A stretch of 64,000 nucleotides of DNA from the NCBI GenBank assembly GCA_963703285.1, contig OY969807.1, forward strand, positions 928,001 through 992,000, written 5' to 3'. The notes beneath the pieces were generated by a model. The model was not told the DNA's origin. It saw only the letters and a list, made by a program, of their open reading frames with translations, and ran no database searches. The position numbers and the translations under genes were made by a program. Positions 18,265 to 28,146 of the stretch are shown piece after piece; positions within the stretch are counted from its first letter, which is position 1, and every line of letters begins with the position of its first letter. This DNA comes from an uncultured Nitrososphaerota archaeon. Lineage in GTDB: Archaea; Thermoproteota; Nitrososphaeria; Nitrososphaerales; Gagatemarchaeaceae.

Positions 18265-18653
18265 TGGCCGGCACCGCTCTTTGACATTTCCATCTTCACT
18301 TGACCACCGCCGTAGTCTATCTCCAGCTTCATAAACTGTAAGAGGCTCCGTCCGAGCACGACGTCAAATCCTGCCACTTGGGGCGTGTCGAACGCGAGGA
18401 ACTCGACCTTGCGAAACGTCGTCTTCCCGACCTCGACCTGCGCCATCTCTATCAGCGCAGCTTTCGCGTAGCCATCATAGCTCACGATGGTCGTCGTGTT
18501 GTCGGCCGGTGCAACGGGGTCATCGTTAGCAGCCTCCTGATAGCCCAGGGCGTAGGCGTCCACTTTCGGGATGATGCAGTATTCGGCGCCCGTGTCCACA
18601 AGGGCGTTGTATTCCCTGACGATGGAGGTTCTGCCTTTAAGCCTCACGAACAT
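18261..18653 (-). CDS. Retropepsin-like (clan AA) aspartic protease
   Basis: ALVDTGAEYCII and DVVLGRSLL. Confidence 0.85.
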   Translation of the reverse strand: MFVRLKGRTSIVREYNALVDTGAEYCIIPKVDAYALGYQEAANDDPVAPADNTTTIVSYDGYAKAALIEMAQVEVGKTTFRKVEFLAFDTPQVAGFDVVLGRSLLQFMKLEIDYGGGQVKMEMSKSGAGH

Positions 18654-18703
18654 GGTCGGGAGCTTCCAGACGACCTGTCCCGCCGCGGGCTCGGGCGGGG
18701 CGA

Positions 18704-18958
18704 CTACAGGAGCAGAGGATATGGCGGCTCACCAGCGAAGAGGATACAGATGTCCAGGTACTTGATCAGCTTTGGCCTGAGCATGTACCGGTCCATGTCG
18801 TCTGCAACCACCTTGCCCTTGGTGGGTTGAAAGTTCTTGTCCCTTGCGGTGACGACCATGCCCACCCATCTTCCCTTGTATCTCTCCTTGATTTCGCTGA
18901 TTGTAAGCTCCTCTGGTTCTTCTTTGCCCCTGCCTGGCGGGACCGTGGTCGAGCTCAT
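18704..18958 (-). CDS. Small DUF5678-like protein
   Basis: EIKERYKGRWVGM...GKVVA..D pattern; paralog at 36.8-37.0 kb. Confidence 0.65.
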   Translation of the reverse strand: MSSTTVPPGRGKEEPEELTISEIKERYKGRWVGMVVTARDKNFQPTKGKVVADDMDRYMLRPKLIKYLDICILFAGEPPYPLLL

Positions 18959-18991
18959 AGGAACCGTCCCTCCCCATGAGCTCTTGCTATT

Positions 18992-20104
18992 TCAACTTGT
19001 GCTGGCCGAGGTTGTGAACGTGGTCGGGTTGGTCGCGGTCGGGGGTTGGACACCGGGCGATGCGCTGGGAAGGCTACGAAGTGCGTTAGTGACGGCGCCC
19101 ACCAGGATGTACTGCCTGAATTTGTTGTTGCCAGACTCGTTCTGGTTGTTGCCGTTCGCCCCTACGGCCAGGTGCGTCAGAGGGCTCGAGCCATCGGTCG
19201 CGTGTGCCGCAGCCGCTCCGATGACAGACTCCGTTAGCGTCTTGCCGTTGATTGCGGACTCTACTGAACCCGCCCTGATTGGGTGGGTCGCCACGTGGCC
19301 CAAGACGACCTTGGAGCTGGAGACGGTGCTGCCGCTGAACTGCGCGACCACGGCCGCGCTAGCGAGCGGGAAGTCCACGGCAGTCCTGTCTGCGATTCTG
19401 AAGTACGACGACTCCGATCCCGAAGCCGGCGCGGGTACGTTGATCGACGTTATGATCTCGTTGTAGCGGAGGCTGTTTTCCTTGATGCGCCCGTCGACGA
19501 TGCTGACACCGGGGAGGAACTGCTCCATCGTCAGGGTGTGGGAACCACCGGGCCCCTGAACCGTCAGCGTCGCGCCGAGAGCCATGAGTGGTGCCGAGAG
19601 GTCGCCCGCGTGGACAGCGTAGCACAGGTTCCCACCGAAGAGGCTGTGGTAGTAGCGGTTGTCGCCGTTGACCGCGTAGCAGACGGTTCCTCCGTTCCTC
19701 CAGCAGTCGTAATTGTTGCGAAGGTACCAGCACCAGACCTCCTGGGAGATGTCTCCCCCGACGGTGGCCTGGTTTGCTATCTGGACCGGGTGGCCGCTCC
19801 CGGCCTGGGCTAGCGCCGGGTAGTACTGGATGACGTTTGGATCAGCCATCACCTGGCTCACGTTCGTGGTCGCGCCTATGGTCAGGCCGGAGCTCGAGTT
19901 GTAGGTCACGCCGTTGAGTCCGAGCTGTGTGATGTCGATGACGGTCGTTGGGGTGAGTAGCTCGATTTGGTTCTTCATCTGGTGGAGCAGGTCCGTCCCT
20001 CCTGCGATCACCCTTGCGCTTCCTCCGTACTGGGTCAGAAGTGAGACTGCGTTGTCGATCGAGGTCGGCTGCAGGTATCCGAATTTGTTTAGTTCGTTTC
20101 TCAT
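18992..20104 (-). CDS. FAD-binding subunit of a xanthine-oxidase-family molybdenum hydroxylase (PaoB/YagS-like, with [4Fe-4S] insert), copy 1
   Basis: IAGGTDL, IGATT, NQATVGGDI, CWYLR..DCWRNGG.VCYA...CYAVH; Ser/Thr-rich tail. Confidence 0.9.
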   Translation of the reverse strand: MRNELNKFGYLQPTSIDNAVSLLTQYGGSARVIAGGTDLLHQMKNQIELLTPTTVIDITQLGLNGVTYNSSSGLTIGATTNVSQVMADPNVIQYYPALAQAGSGHPVQIANQATVGGDISQEVWCWYLRNNYDCWRNGGTVCYAVNGDNRYYHSLFGGNLCYAVHAGDLSAPLMALGATLTVQGPGGSHTLTMEQFLPGVSIVDGRIKENSLRYNEIITSINVPAPASGSESSYFRIADRTAVDFPLASAAVVAQFSGSTVSSSKVVLGHVATHPIRAGSVESAINGKTLTESVIGAAAAHATDGSSPLTHLAVGANGNNQNESGNNKFRQYILVGAVTNALRSLPSASPGVQPPTATNPTTFTTSASTS

Positions 20105-20117
20105 TTCTATTCACCAC

Positions 20118-22595
20118 CTATAGAAGGCCCTTCGACTTCATATAGTTCAGGGCGTCGACTATGTCCTCCTTCCGTGCGGGCAGTTTGGTGAACCTGTAGC
20201 CACCGAGCGCGTTGGAGAGGGCATTGAGGATCATGGGGATGACGCTCATGAGCACGTTCTCGCCGATTCCCACCGCGCCGAATGGACCGTAGGGGTCGTT
20301 GTACTCCGTCCACAATGACAGAGCGCGTTCGGGCGCCTGGTAGATGGTCGGAATCTTGTTGTCGAGGTAGTTGGGGTTGAGTGTTGCTCCTGAGTACTTC
20401 AGACCGGTCGAGGAGTCGTTCAGGCTCTGTTCGAAGAGCGCCTCACCGATTCCCAGCCCGATCATGCCACCCTGGTTCTGGCCATCGGCGCCGAGGGCGA
20501 ATATGACGCGTCCGATACCCAGGGAGCTTACGTAGTCTATGACGCGCACGTCAGCGGTCTCGGTGTCGACCTCTACCTCGCAGATTTTGGTGCCACTTAC
20601 ACGGTACGCGGTCTTCGGCGGAGGCGTGTAGTTCCCGATTCCCGTCAGTCCGGCGGTTGGTAGGAGAGCGCACGCGGCAGCGAACGTAATCTGGTTGCTC
20701 GGATTGGTCTTGTCATAGATGATTCCGGACGGCTGGCCCGTGAAGCCGCCGCCGAACGCCAGGTTGGTCGCTTTGGTCCCTGGGGCCATCTTGGGCACCA
20801 GGAGAGGGAACCACTGAGTGGCCAGGTTCGCGGCTGCGGCCACTAGTCCCATGCCTCCGTTGCGAGTCATCCTGCTGCCCGCCGTGACTCCGGTGTCCGT
20901 CGTGAGCGTGGTGTCCGAGTAGACACCCTTCAGGTTGTTCATGTTCGGTTGGCCAAGGAGCTCGGCCGCGATGATTGCCAGGGACGTGACGGTGCCCCCG
21001 CCGTGGTCCATCCCTCCGGAGTACATGGTGATTGTGCCGTTCGGAACCACGTTGATCTGGCCCGTGTCCGGCGCTGAGAGAGAGCCCTTGGATCCCGAGG
21101 TGAGTGCCATCCCCACGCCCCTAAGCTTCTTCCCCGTCCCGACCGTCTCGCCGGAGTTGGTGAGCACGTTGCTGGGCGTGGCCCATCCCTTCCACCTTCC
21201 GCTCCAGTTGAACGCCTTGGTGGCGTTGAGGTGGTCTTGGGGTTGCCCGTACCCGCTGAAGGGGTAGCCCGTGCTGTGGTCGAACGCGGTGTTGGGGTAG
21301 ACGGTTGGAGGCGAGGTGGTGTTGTCGGTGTAGGCCGCGGTCCTCATGTTCTGGAGCCTGAATTGGGATGGGTCCATGTTGTACGCCTCAGCGAGCATGT
21401 CTACGGCCGTCTCCACGAAGTAGGAGTTCTGGCTCTCGCCGACGTCCCGCATCGGGCCGGCGAGGCCGTAGGCGTCGCTGTTGGAAGAGTAGCTGACCAA
21501 GTTGACGTTGTTGACGTTGTAGATGACGTAGAACTCTCCCAAGTCGGAGTTCGCGCCTCCGTTCGCGCCCACGTTGGCGAAGACCTCGCCTTTGAACGCG
21601 GTGAGAATGCCGTTCTTGCCTGCTGCGGTGATATAAGCGCGCTCCGGGAAGCGGTTGGACGTGGCGAGAGAGTTGGTGTATCTCGTCTGGAGGAACTTCA
21701 CGACGCCTCCGGCTTTCTTCGACATCGCTGTAGCGATGATGTACTCTTCTCCGGAAGATTTGTTGCCTAGTCCGTTGCCGATTGAACCGTTCTCGAAGCC
21801 GCCGAGAGAGGTCCTCACGTTGACGTTGGCCGCGGGGACGCCGAAGTAGTTCGCGACGGTGGTCTTGATCGAGGCGGCGTACTGGGTGTTGCCCCAGACG
21901 TTGATGATTCCCTCTGAAGTCGAGGCCCACTGCGCGATCAGGCCGCGGGGCTCGATGTCCATGTGCTGGATGAACTGGGTGTCGAGCCTTACGGTGACGA
22001 TCTGGTCGGCCGCCGCTATGGCTGCGTCCGCATCGCCGAACTGCATAACCGCCGTGGACGGCTGGGCGACGCCTTCCGTCACGGACCCGCCGGGCGAGTT
22101 CCCGCCGGGCCAAATCTGTGGGGCCGTCGATTGTAACGCCTCCTCGACGTCGAAGACATAGGGGATTGGAGTGAAGTCGACCTTCACTAGGCCAATCGCG
22201 TCGTTGAGCAGGTCGGGACTGTCCGCTCCGACCGCTACGACGGGACAGCCGGAGTAACGCGCCTGCGTCGTTGGAAGCGGGCCTCTGAACCTGTTCCCGG
22301 AGGTCGAGTAGTAGGTGTAGGGCGGGAGGTATTCGTAGTCATAGCCCGTGAGGGTCGTGGCTCCGGCGGCCTCCGCAGCGCTAACGTCTATGCTATTGAT
22401 CAGGGCGTTGGGGTAGGGGCAGGTCACGTAGCCCATGTAGACGAAGCCCGTTGTTGCCGCGATGCCGACGTCCGTGGGATGGATGTCCGATGTGAACTTC
22501 TTGGTTCCTTGGATCTTGGTCAGGGTATCGCGGGCGACGACGCTGGCGTTGCCGACCAGAGCAGGACCAGAAGTCGAACTCATCGCTCTAGGCAC
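20118..22595 (-). CDS. Molybdopterin-binding large subunit, xanthine dehydrogenase/aldehyde oxidoreductase family, copy 1
   Basis: QHMDIEPR, DHGGGT, TAGSR, EVEVDTET, GQNQGG, GPFGAVGIGE (catalytic Glu). Confidence 0.9.
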   Translation of the reverse strand: MPRAMSSTSGPALVGNASVVARDTLTKIQGTKKFTSDIHPTDVGIAATTGFVYMGYVTCPYPNALINSIDVSAAEAAGATTLTGYDYEYLPPYTYYSTSGNRFRGPLPTTQARYSGCPVVAVGADSPDLLNDAIGLVKVDFTPIPYVFDVEEALQSTAPQIWPGGNSPGGSVTEGVAQPSTAVMQFGDADAAIAAADQIVTVRLDTQFIQHMDIEPRGLIAQWASTSEGIINVWGNTQYAASIKTTVANYFGVPAANVNVRTSLGGFENGSIGNGLGNKSSGEEYIIATAMSKKAGGVVKFLQTRYTNSLATSNRFPERAYITAAGKNGILTAFKGEVFANVGANGGANSDLGEFYVIYNVNNVNLVSYSSNSDAYGLAGPMRDVGESQNSYFVETAVDMLAEAYNMDPSQFRLQNMRTAAYTDNTTSPPTVYPNTAFDHSTGYPFSGYGQPQDHLNATKAFNWSGRWKGWATPSNVLTNSGETVGTGKKLRGVGMALTSGSKGSLSAPDTGQINVVPNGTITMYSGGMDHGGGTVTSLAIIAAELLGQPNMNNLKGVYSDTTLTTDTGVTAGSRMTRNGGMGLVAAAANLATQWFPLLVPKMAPGTKATNLAFGGGFTGQPSGIIYDKTNPSNQITFAAACALLPTAGLTGIGNYTPPPKTAYRVSGTKICEVEVDTETADVRVIDYVSSLGIGRVIFALGADGQNQGGMIGLGIGEALFEQSLNDSSTGLKYSGATLNPNYLDNKIPTIYQAPERALSLWTEYNDPYGPFGAVGIGENVLMSVIPMILNALSNALGGYRFTKLPARKEDIVDALNYMKSKGLL

Positions 22596-23370
22596 CTCCT
22601 GCTAGGTTTGTAGCGGCGAGCTGTATCGCCGATATTATGTGCATATAGTTTCCACATCGACAGAGGTTCGAGCTGGTCGCCGTCTTAATTTGGCCGACCG
22701 TCGGGTTCGGGTTTGCCTTCAGGAGCGCAGTCGCAGCCATGATGAATCCGGGGCTGCAGTAGGCACACTGGCCTCCAAAATCGGTGACCCATGCCTGCTG
22801 GAGGGCGTTCACGACCGGGTCTTTGGCGTTCATCTCCGAGGTCCAGATGGTGTGGCCTACCGCCCGGATAGCCATCACTCCACAGGACTCGTGGGGGACG
22901 CCGTCGATAAGCACGGTGCACGCGCCGCACTCCATCCTGTTGCAGGGCCTCTTGGTCGCTATCAGGCCTATGGTATCGCTTATCACGTCGACGAGCATGC
23001 TCCTTGGTTCAACGTCGACCGTGTAGTTCGTGCCGTTGATGTTTAGGACGATTGTCCTGAATGCATCAGGGCTAGTCGCCAGGATCGGGGGCGATGCGCC
23101 GGCAGTGCCCGTGTTGGTCTGTATCGAGCTGGTAGAGGTCGACGCGCTCGCAGACGAGGAAGATGACTGCTCCCTGGGGGGCTTGAGCTGCATGCTCTGC
23201 AGTGAAACAGCCGAAACACCGACCACAGCAGCAGCGGTGGCGGTGCCCTTCAGCAGCGTCCTCCTGCTGACCTTCGCATTCACGACATCGGTTATCGCGC
23301 CGCTTTTTGACTCGGCCTTCTCCGCTTGCTTTGGAGAAGTGCCTTTCTTATGCTCCTTCTTGACTTTCAT
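22588..23370 (-). CDS. 2x[2Fe-2S] subunit with Tat signal (PaoA-like), copy 1
   Basis: SRRTLLK plus hydrophobic stretch; CNRMECGACTV, QCAYCSPG, NLCRCG. Confidence 0.9.
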   Translation of the reverse strand: MKVKKEHKKGTSPKQAEKAESKSGAITDVVNAKVSRRTLLKGTATAAAVVGVSAVSLQSMQLKPPREQSSSSSASASTSTSSIQTNTGTAGASPPILATSPDAFRTIVLNINGTNYTVDVEPRSMLVDVISDTIGLIATKRPCNRMECGACTVLIDGVPHESCGVMAIRAVGHTIWTSEMNAKDPVVNALQQAWVTDFGGQCAYCSPGFIMAATALLKANPNPTVGQIKTATSSNLCRCGNYMHIISAIQLAATNLAGGA

Positions 23371-23478
23371 GTTGGCCGGGTGAGCTGCCCCCCCGAACTA
23401 TATCTCCGATTCCCCGAACGTATTCGGGCAACTACTTTAAAGGAGAGTAGGGGGTCGTTTTGAGGAAGGTGGGGGACT

Positions 23479-24240
23479 CTGGCGACCGATTCCGATGAAG
23501 AAAGCACGACGGTCAGGAGGACGGCGCTGGCCGAAGGCCTAGGGTTCGTCATCAACTCCTACCTGCAGACTCGAAACCTGCTCAACCCCACGGGGATGGC
23601 GGCCAACGCGCTGAGCCAGTACGGGGATCAGCTCGAGAGCAAGGAGAAGGAGAGCAAGGAGAGACAGGAGTCCGAGATGAGGGCGCTGGTCAAGGACATC
23701 CAGAATCTCAGAGCGACGTTCGAGAACGGAAGACTCGTCGTGCACATGGACAAGGTCATGGTGCTCGAGCTTGTCGAGAACAGGCTGAAGAAGTCCCTCG
23801 CCAGACAGGAGGCGGGAACGACGGCCACCTTCAAGGTCGACCTTGCGGCTGTGGCGGAGACCGACCACGACGCCGAGCTCGTCCTGCCTACGCGCAGCAT
23901 ATTCCTGAAATTCGTCCCGGACGGGGCGTCGGTCGCGGCGCTTGCGGTCTCCTACCTCGAAAGGGCCAGGAGAGCGAATCCCTCTGAGTACTGGCTGCTG
24001 ACGCCTAGCGAGGAGGAGATCGATTTTCCCTTCGAGCCCATCTTCAGCGAGAACAGGATCGCGAGGGGCCGGCTAAGAACATTCAATCTCTCCAGCCTCC
24101 TCAGGGATCTCGTTGGCAAGGATTACGAAGTCGCGGCGACTCACGAACTCGGCGGAGCATTCAGGTTCGTCATCAGCAAGAAGCCACCCACGACGCCTCA
24201 AGGCGAAGGGTTGGCGACGGCCAGTCCTTCGGGACAGTGA
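23479..24240 (+). CDS. Hypothetical protein (frame open upstream of ATG 23596; possible CTG start at 23479)
   Basis: Coding-like ORF, divergent from the Mo-hydroxylase operon; no recognised motif. Confidence 0.55.
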   Translation: MATDSDEESTTVRRTALAEGLGFVINSYLQTRNLLNPTGMAANALSQYGDQLESKEKESKERQESEMRALVKDIQNLRATFENGRLVVHMDKVMVLELVENRLKKSLARQEAGTTATFKVDLAAVAETDHDAELVLPTRSIFLKFVPDGASVAALAVSYLERARRANPSEYWLLTPSEEEIDFPFEPIFSENRIARGRLRTFNLSSLLRDLVGKDYEVAATHELGGAFRFVISKKPPTTPQGEGLATASPSGQ

Positions 24241-24329
24241 GAGCGGTCCTGCCCCCGTGGCTGTGGGCGGGCGCCAAAGTGGCATCACTCAAGTAGCTTC
24301 TCTTGGCACCACTCTGGCAGAAGGGAAGG

Positions 24330-24971
24330 CTACTTCGTCTCGGGGTCTGGGGGGTCAGAGACGGCCGCGAGCCTTAGAAGGTCGGCCTGCCTGTCGACGT
24401 CCAGCAAGGAGGCTTCGGAAGTCTCGACCAGCCTTATCTGCGACCTGTGCTTCGATACGACGCTCTTCAGGCCCCTAGTCTCCTCCTTGATGCGCTTGAG
24501 CTCCCCGAAGATATACTTGTCGAAGAGAATCGGGTGGCCGGAGCTTCCGTGATATCCCGCGGTGACGATGGCAGAGTAACACGTCGAGTACTCGTCGATA
24601 ACGGCATCGATCATTTCACGGTTGACCAAGGCCACATCCCCGGGGAGCACCATGACGGCGTCGGCGGATGGGTTTACCATCGAGAGGCCCTTTCGAAAAG
24701 AGAAACTCTGTCCCTTCTCGAAATCCTCGTTGAAGACTATCTCGCAGCGATAGTCTTCTAGGATACGTTTGATCTTCTCGGAATCGTGGCCCGTGACGAC
24801 GATGACTTGGCTTGCCTTCGACTTAAGGCTCTCAGAGACGACGTGCTCTATCATCGTCTTCGATCCGATCGGCTCTAGGAGCTTGTTGCGACCGAACCTC
24901 GTGGACAGTCCGGCGGCGAGTATGATTATTGCTATGAAGTCATGGATCTTATCGCTCATCTCGCGTGTCAC
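24330..24971 (-). CDS. mocA: Molybdenum cofactor cytidylyltransferase (MocA-like nucleotidyltransferase)
   Basis: IILAAGLSTRFGRNKLL, GQS.S, LPGD, GHPILF, LDVD. Confidence 0.85.
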   Translation of the reverse strand: MTREMSDKIHDFIAIIILAAGLSTRFGRNKLLEPIGSKTMIEHVVSESLKSKASQVIVVTGHDSEKIKRILEDYRCEIVFNEDFEKGQSFSFRKGLSMVNPSADAVMVLPGDVALVNREMIDAVIDEYSTCYSAIVTAGYHGSSGHPILFDKYIFGELKRIKEETRGLKSVVSKHRSQIRLVETSEASLLDVDRQADLLRLAAVSDPPDPETK

Positions 24972-25171
24972 ACTCCGGATTGATCCGCTGTCTCCTCTGT
25001 GGCCAGTCGGCTTCGTCCTGCGGGAAACGCTCCCTGCGCTTCAGAGCCACAGTATCCTCCGCTTTGTGTCGGGTGACGAGGGTCGCCGATTGAGCTATAG
25101 TCCCTGGCCTGGTTCAAGTCGCATCCGCCCTAGCAAAGGCACTATGCGACTTGACCAAGCGCTACCTCACC

Positions 25172-25666
25172 CTAGTACTTCTTGCCCACGTAGCCGATGA
25201 CTGCGCCCCAGATGGCGAAGCAGATCGCCAGCGGGATGAGCAGCTCCAGCGAGGTGCTGAAGGGGAGGCTCGAGAGTGTCCCTGAGACCTGTGGTGCGGT
25301 GTTGAAGGTCATGTAGAGGACCAGCACGAACCAGGCGACCGCGCCGAAGGCGAGGCCCTGGTAGACGCTGTACCTCCGGAACGCGAAGGCGAAGATCAGG
25401 CCAGCTATGATGGACAGCGCCACGAACCAGGCTATGCCCGACTCTGCGAGCTGTGTCGGTGTTCCCGCAGCGCCGAAGACGGAGCCGAACCAGCTGAACC
25501 ACTGTATGGAGAAGAAGCCGTTCCACGCGGTGGAGACGGCCGTCACGAATATGACGGCGATGGACATCGCGACGGTGGCGAGGACGCCAGCCATCACTCC
25601 CATCCCTGCCTTTGCCGCTACATTCAAGCTCATCTTACTTCCGCTTGTTGTTGTCGTCATCTTCAC
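25172..25666 (-). CDS. Four-TM membrane protein, overlapping the cytochrome b stop
   Basis: Hydrophobic segments; 4-nt start/stop overlap with the upstream gene. Confidence 0.7.
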   Translation of the reverse strand: MKMTTTTSGSKMSLNVAAKAGMGVMAGVLATVAMSIAVIFVTAVSTAWNGFFSIQWFSWFGSVFGAAGTPTQLAESGIAWFVALSIIAGLIFAFAFRRYSVYQGLAFGAVAWFVLVLYMTFNTAPQVSGTLSSLPFSTSLELLIPLAICFAIWGAVIGYVGKKY

Positions 25667-26658
25667 TCACCTTTCTTCTCCGTCGCAGCTGTCGCAGGAG
25701 CCGCTGCAGGAGCCGCCGCGGGGGCAGCAGGAGCCGCGGGCGCAGGAGCCGCAGGAGGAGGAGTCGCCGTCTTCAGAGGCCACCTCTTGCTGTCGAAGTC
25801 GTGGTTGTAGGTCTCGCCGGAGATGGTGCCGGTCATGATGGACCGGAGCACCGGCCAGTTCACCGGCAGGACTGCGAAGTAGATGTGCCCCGCCAGGAGG
25901 CCGATGAGGAGGAAGGCGAAGACGTCGTGCCAGAGCCTGAGAGCGTTCTCGAAGCCAGGCCCTATCGCTGGCAGCAGCCCGTAGGGGTTCCAGAGGTAGA
26001 TGCCCGAGATACCGAGTACCACCAGACACAATACCAAGCCCCAGTGGAAGAGCTTCATGAACGCGTCGTACTTGCCGTGCCTCGGCTGTGTCTTGGGGCC
26101 GAAACCGAAGAAGCCGATGAGGCGGGTCCCCGTGTCGGTGATGTCAGCCTTGCCCGGGAGGATCCGCTTGCCCGTCCTCGTCACAGCGAGGTCCCAGCAG
26201 ACGTGTATCACTATCAGACCGAGCAGGAGCCAGAGCATGTCGGTGTGCCAGTTGAGCGCCACGAGCGTCGCGCTGGCGCTGGAGCCGCTGACTCCGAACG
26301 CCGCCATGACACCGTTGAACGTGCCCGGTGAATAAATCGAGAGGCCGCTCAGCGCTATCAGGCCGAGTATCATGAACAGTGACCAGTGAAAGAGGCGCTC
26401 GACGATGTCGAAGGCCTTCACCTTGTTACCAGGGACATCCACAGGCGTCCCGCCCGAGCGCGGGGGCTGCCTGTACGCCCTCCTCACGAAGTGTATCGCG
26501 AAGACGGCCGCGAAGAACAGTACTATCGCCGCGGCCCAGTCGGTCGGCAATCTGCCGCCCGTGGACACCGTCTGAGTGTTCGTCTGCAGAACGGTCGACT
26601 GAAGAACACCTAAAGGATTCAACCTACTATTTCGCTCTCCGTTTGTTCGAACCGCCAA
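25663..26658 (-). CDS. Diheme cytochrome b (FdnI/HyaC-like) with Ala/Pro-rich tail
   Basis: ERLFHW, WHTD..IHV, GKYDA.MKLFHW, LWHD..GHIYFA; true start may be downstream. Confidence 0.85.
   Translation of the reverse strand: MAVRTNGERNSRLNPLGVLQSTVLQTNTQTVSTGGRLPTDWAAAIVLFFAAVFAIHFVRRAYRQPPRSGGTPVDVPGNKVKAFDIVERLFHWSLFMILGLIALSGLSIYSPGTFNGVMAAFGVSGSSASATLVALNWHTDMLWLLLGLIVIHVCWDLAVTRTGKRILPGKADITDTGTRLIGFFGFGPKTQPRHGKYDAFMKLFHWGLVLCLVVLGISGIYLWNPYGLLPAIGPGFENALRLWHDVFAFLLIGLLAGHIYFAVLPVNWPVLRSIMTGTISGETYNHDFDSKRWPLKTATPPPAAPAPAAPAAPAAAPAAAPATAATEKKGE
25683..25761. repeat. Low-complexity GCAGGAGCCGC-type repeats encoding a PAAPAPAA tail
   Basis: Seen directly in the sequence. Confidence 0.7.
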
Positions 26659-26730
26659 ACGGCGTATATCTGTAATTACCCGTATCAGTTTGGGTAAGGT
26701 ATATAATGAACAGATAGTCGAAATACCCCA

Positions 26731-27141
26731 ATGGGTTCGGGTAATACAGATGTTTCAGCGTCATCCAAATCTCACAAACTGCAAGATTCAGGCCTCAGAC
26801 AGAATGTTTCACGCAGCCTCGTGCAGGTCGTCGGCAACCTGCTGGACAACGCCGCGAAGTTCGCCGGGCGAGAGATCCTCGTGACGGCGGGAGAGATGGA
26901 CGGGATGGCCGCGGTCGAAGTGAGGGATGACGGTCCCGGCATAGCGCCAGACCTGTTTCCTGTGCTCTTCACAAAGTTCAGTGGAAAATCGCAGGGTGGG
27001 ACTGGTCTCGGGCTGTTCATATGCAGGGGAATTATCGAAGCCCACAGCGGCAGCATCTCGATCTCCAACAGCGCACAGTACGGCAGCGGTGGAGCGACCT
27101 TTAGGTTCACGGTTCCGATGGCGCCCAAAGATTCGGCGTGA
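26731..27141 (+). pseudogene. Histidine kinase HATPase_c domain fragment
   Basis: N box VVGNLLDNAAKF, DDGPGI, GTGLGL; no HisKA or sensor domain upstream. Confidence 0.65.
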
Positions 27142-27192
27142 AAATCGGGTTTCAGAACCCCTAGGCCTGCCTAAGCGGGGGCGTGAAAAGGA

Positions 27193-27218
27193 TGGCCCAG
27201 GCGAGGTTTGAACCCTCG
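27193..27218 (-). other. Degenerate tRNA 3'-end fragment (possible att remnant)
   Basis: Reverse complement CGAGGGTTCAAACCTCGCCTGGGCCA gives a T-arm-like hairpin plus acceptor-like tail, with no 5' half. Confidence 0.45.
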
Positions 27219-27287
27219 TTAGAGTAACATTTCTCCATCCTGGCATATATACCGAGTAACCAAGTTGTTGCATAGGAAGCGTTTGCG

Positions 27288-27491
27288 TTGAGCATCGACG
27301 ACGATAGGGAATCAGAGGAAGAGAGTAGAGCGATAGCAGATGAACAGAAAGAAATCACCGAACCCGAATCCGAGACAAGAGAAGAAGCCAGCTCGGAAGA
27401 AGGAGAGGCTGAGATCGAAGAAGATGGCGCGGACGAATCGGAAGAATTGGAGGAAGGCACGGAGGCAAGCGTTCCAACAGAGATGGATTGA
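27288..27491 (+). CDS. Small highly acidic hypothetical protein
   Basis: 67-aa Glu/Asp-rich ORF. Confidence 0.45.
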   Translation: MSIDDDRESEEESRAIADEQKEITEPESETREEASSEEGEAEIEEDGADESEELEEGTEASVPTEMD

Positions 27492-27682
27492 CAAACGGGA
27501 AATGGTTCTCGAACGTTGGGCGTCCTTGAGATGGAGAAGTATCCGGATTAGTGAGCCTACCGATTTCCTGCAATGAAAAGCCAAGTGTCATTGGACAAAC
27601 TTTTTGTCATCGGTTTTTGGGTGAGGGGCTTGTTCGGACAAACACGTAAATCAAGCCCACCCATGGAAACTAACGATGTGCC

Positions 27683-27994
27683 ATGAAGGCCGCGGCGAGG
27701 CTTGCGTTGGGGCTGGTCGTCGTTATGGTCGTGGCTATCCTCTTCCTCCTTCCGATCGCGCCTATCCCAATAGGCCCCTCGACGGTACCCTCGTGTGCGA
27801 ACCCTCCTCCTGGATACCTCCCGTGCACGGTCTTCTTCTCGGGAGAGGCCAAGGCGTCTCTCGCATACGCCTACCTCGGTCTCGGAGCCGTCCAAGTGTC
27901 TAATTCGTCGGCAGGAGGCCGCGCTTACTGCTTCATGTATGGCAATCCAGGCGTGATGTGCGGGATGAGCTTGGAGCGGATGAACGGCAGATGA
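27683..27994 (+). CDS. Small secreted or membrane-anchored Cys-containing protein
   Basis: N-terminal hydrophobic helix, four Cys. Confidence 0.55.
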   Translation: MKAAARLALGLVVVMVVAILFLLPIAPIPIGPSTVPSCANPPPGYLPCTVFFSGEAKASLAYAYLGLGAVQVSNSSAGGRAYCFMYGNPGVMCGMSLERMNGR

Positions 27995-28099
27995 ACATGA
28001 GCCCCCCGTTTGGAGTCGCGAGAAGGTCTTCAGCGACAAAGGGTTTGTCCAATTGACAAAAGGTATGCCCATCCGCACCAAGATTCAAGCGAAGTTAGG

Positions 28100-28146
28100 T
28101 GCCCCGGGCGGGAGTCAGACTTTAGGTTCGAATCCCTTCCGGTCCC
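28100..28146. repeat. att-like junction: 14-bp copy of the tRNA-Glu 3' end plus a T-loop-like repeat
   Basis: TGCCCCGGGCGGGA is identical to 52675-52688; 28119-28146 matches 35757-35784 at 26/28 nt. Confidence 0.65.

Noticed and set aside
20118-22595. Aerobic CO dehydrogenase (CoxL)
   Set aside because: Neither AYxCSFR nor AYRGAGR is present; the Tat signal and S-L-M order fit PaoABC-like enzymes
26731-27141. Functional two-component system
   Set aside because: Only the ATPase domain remains; no phospho-His domain, sensor or response regulator
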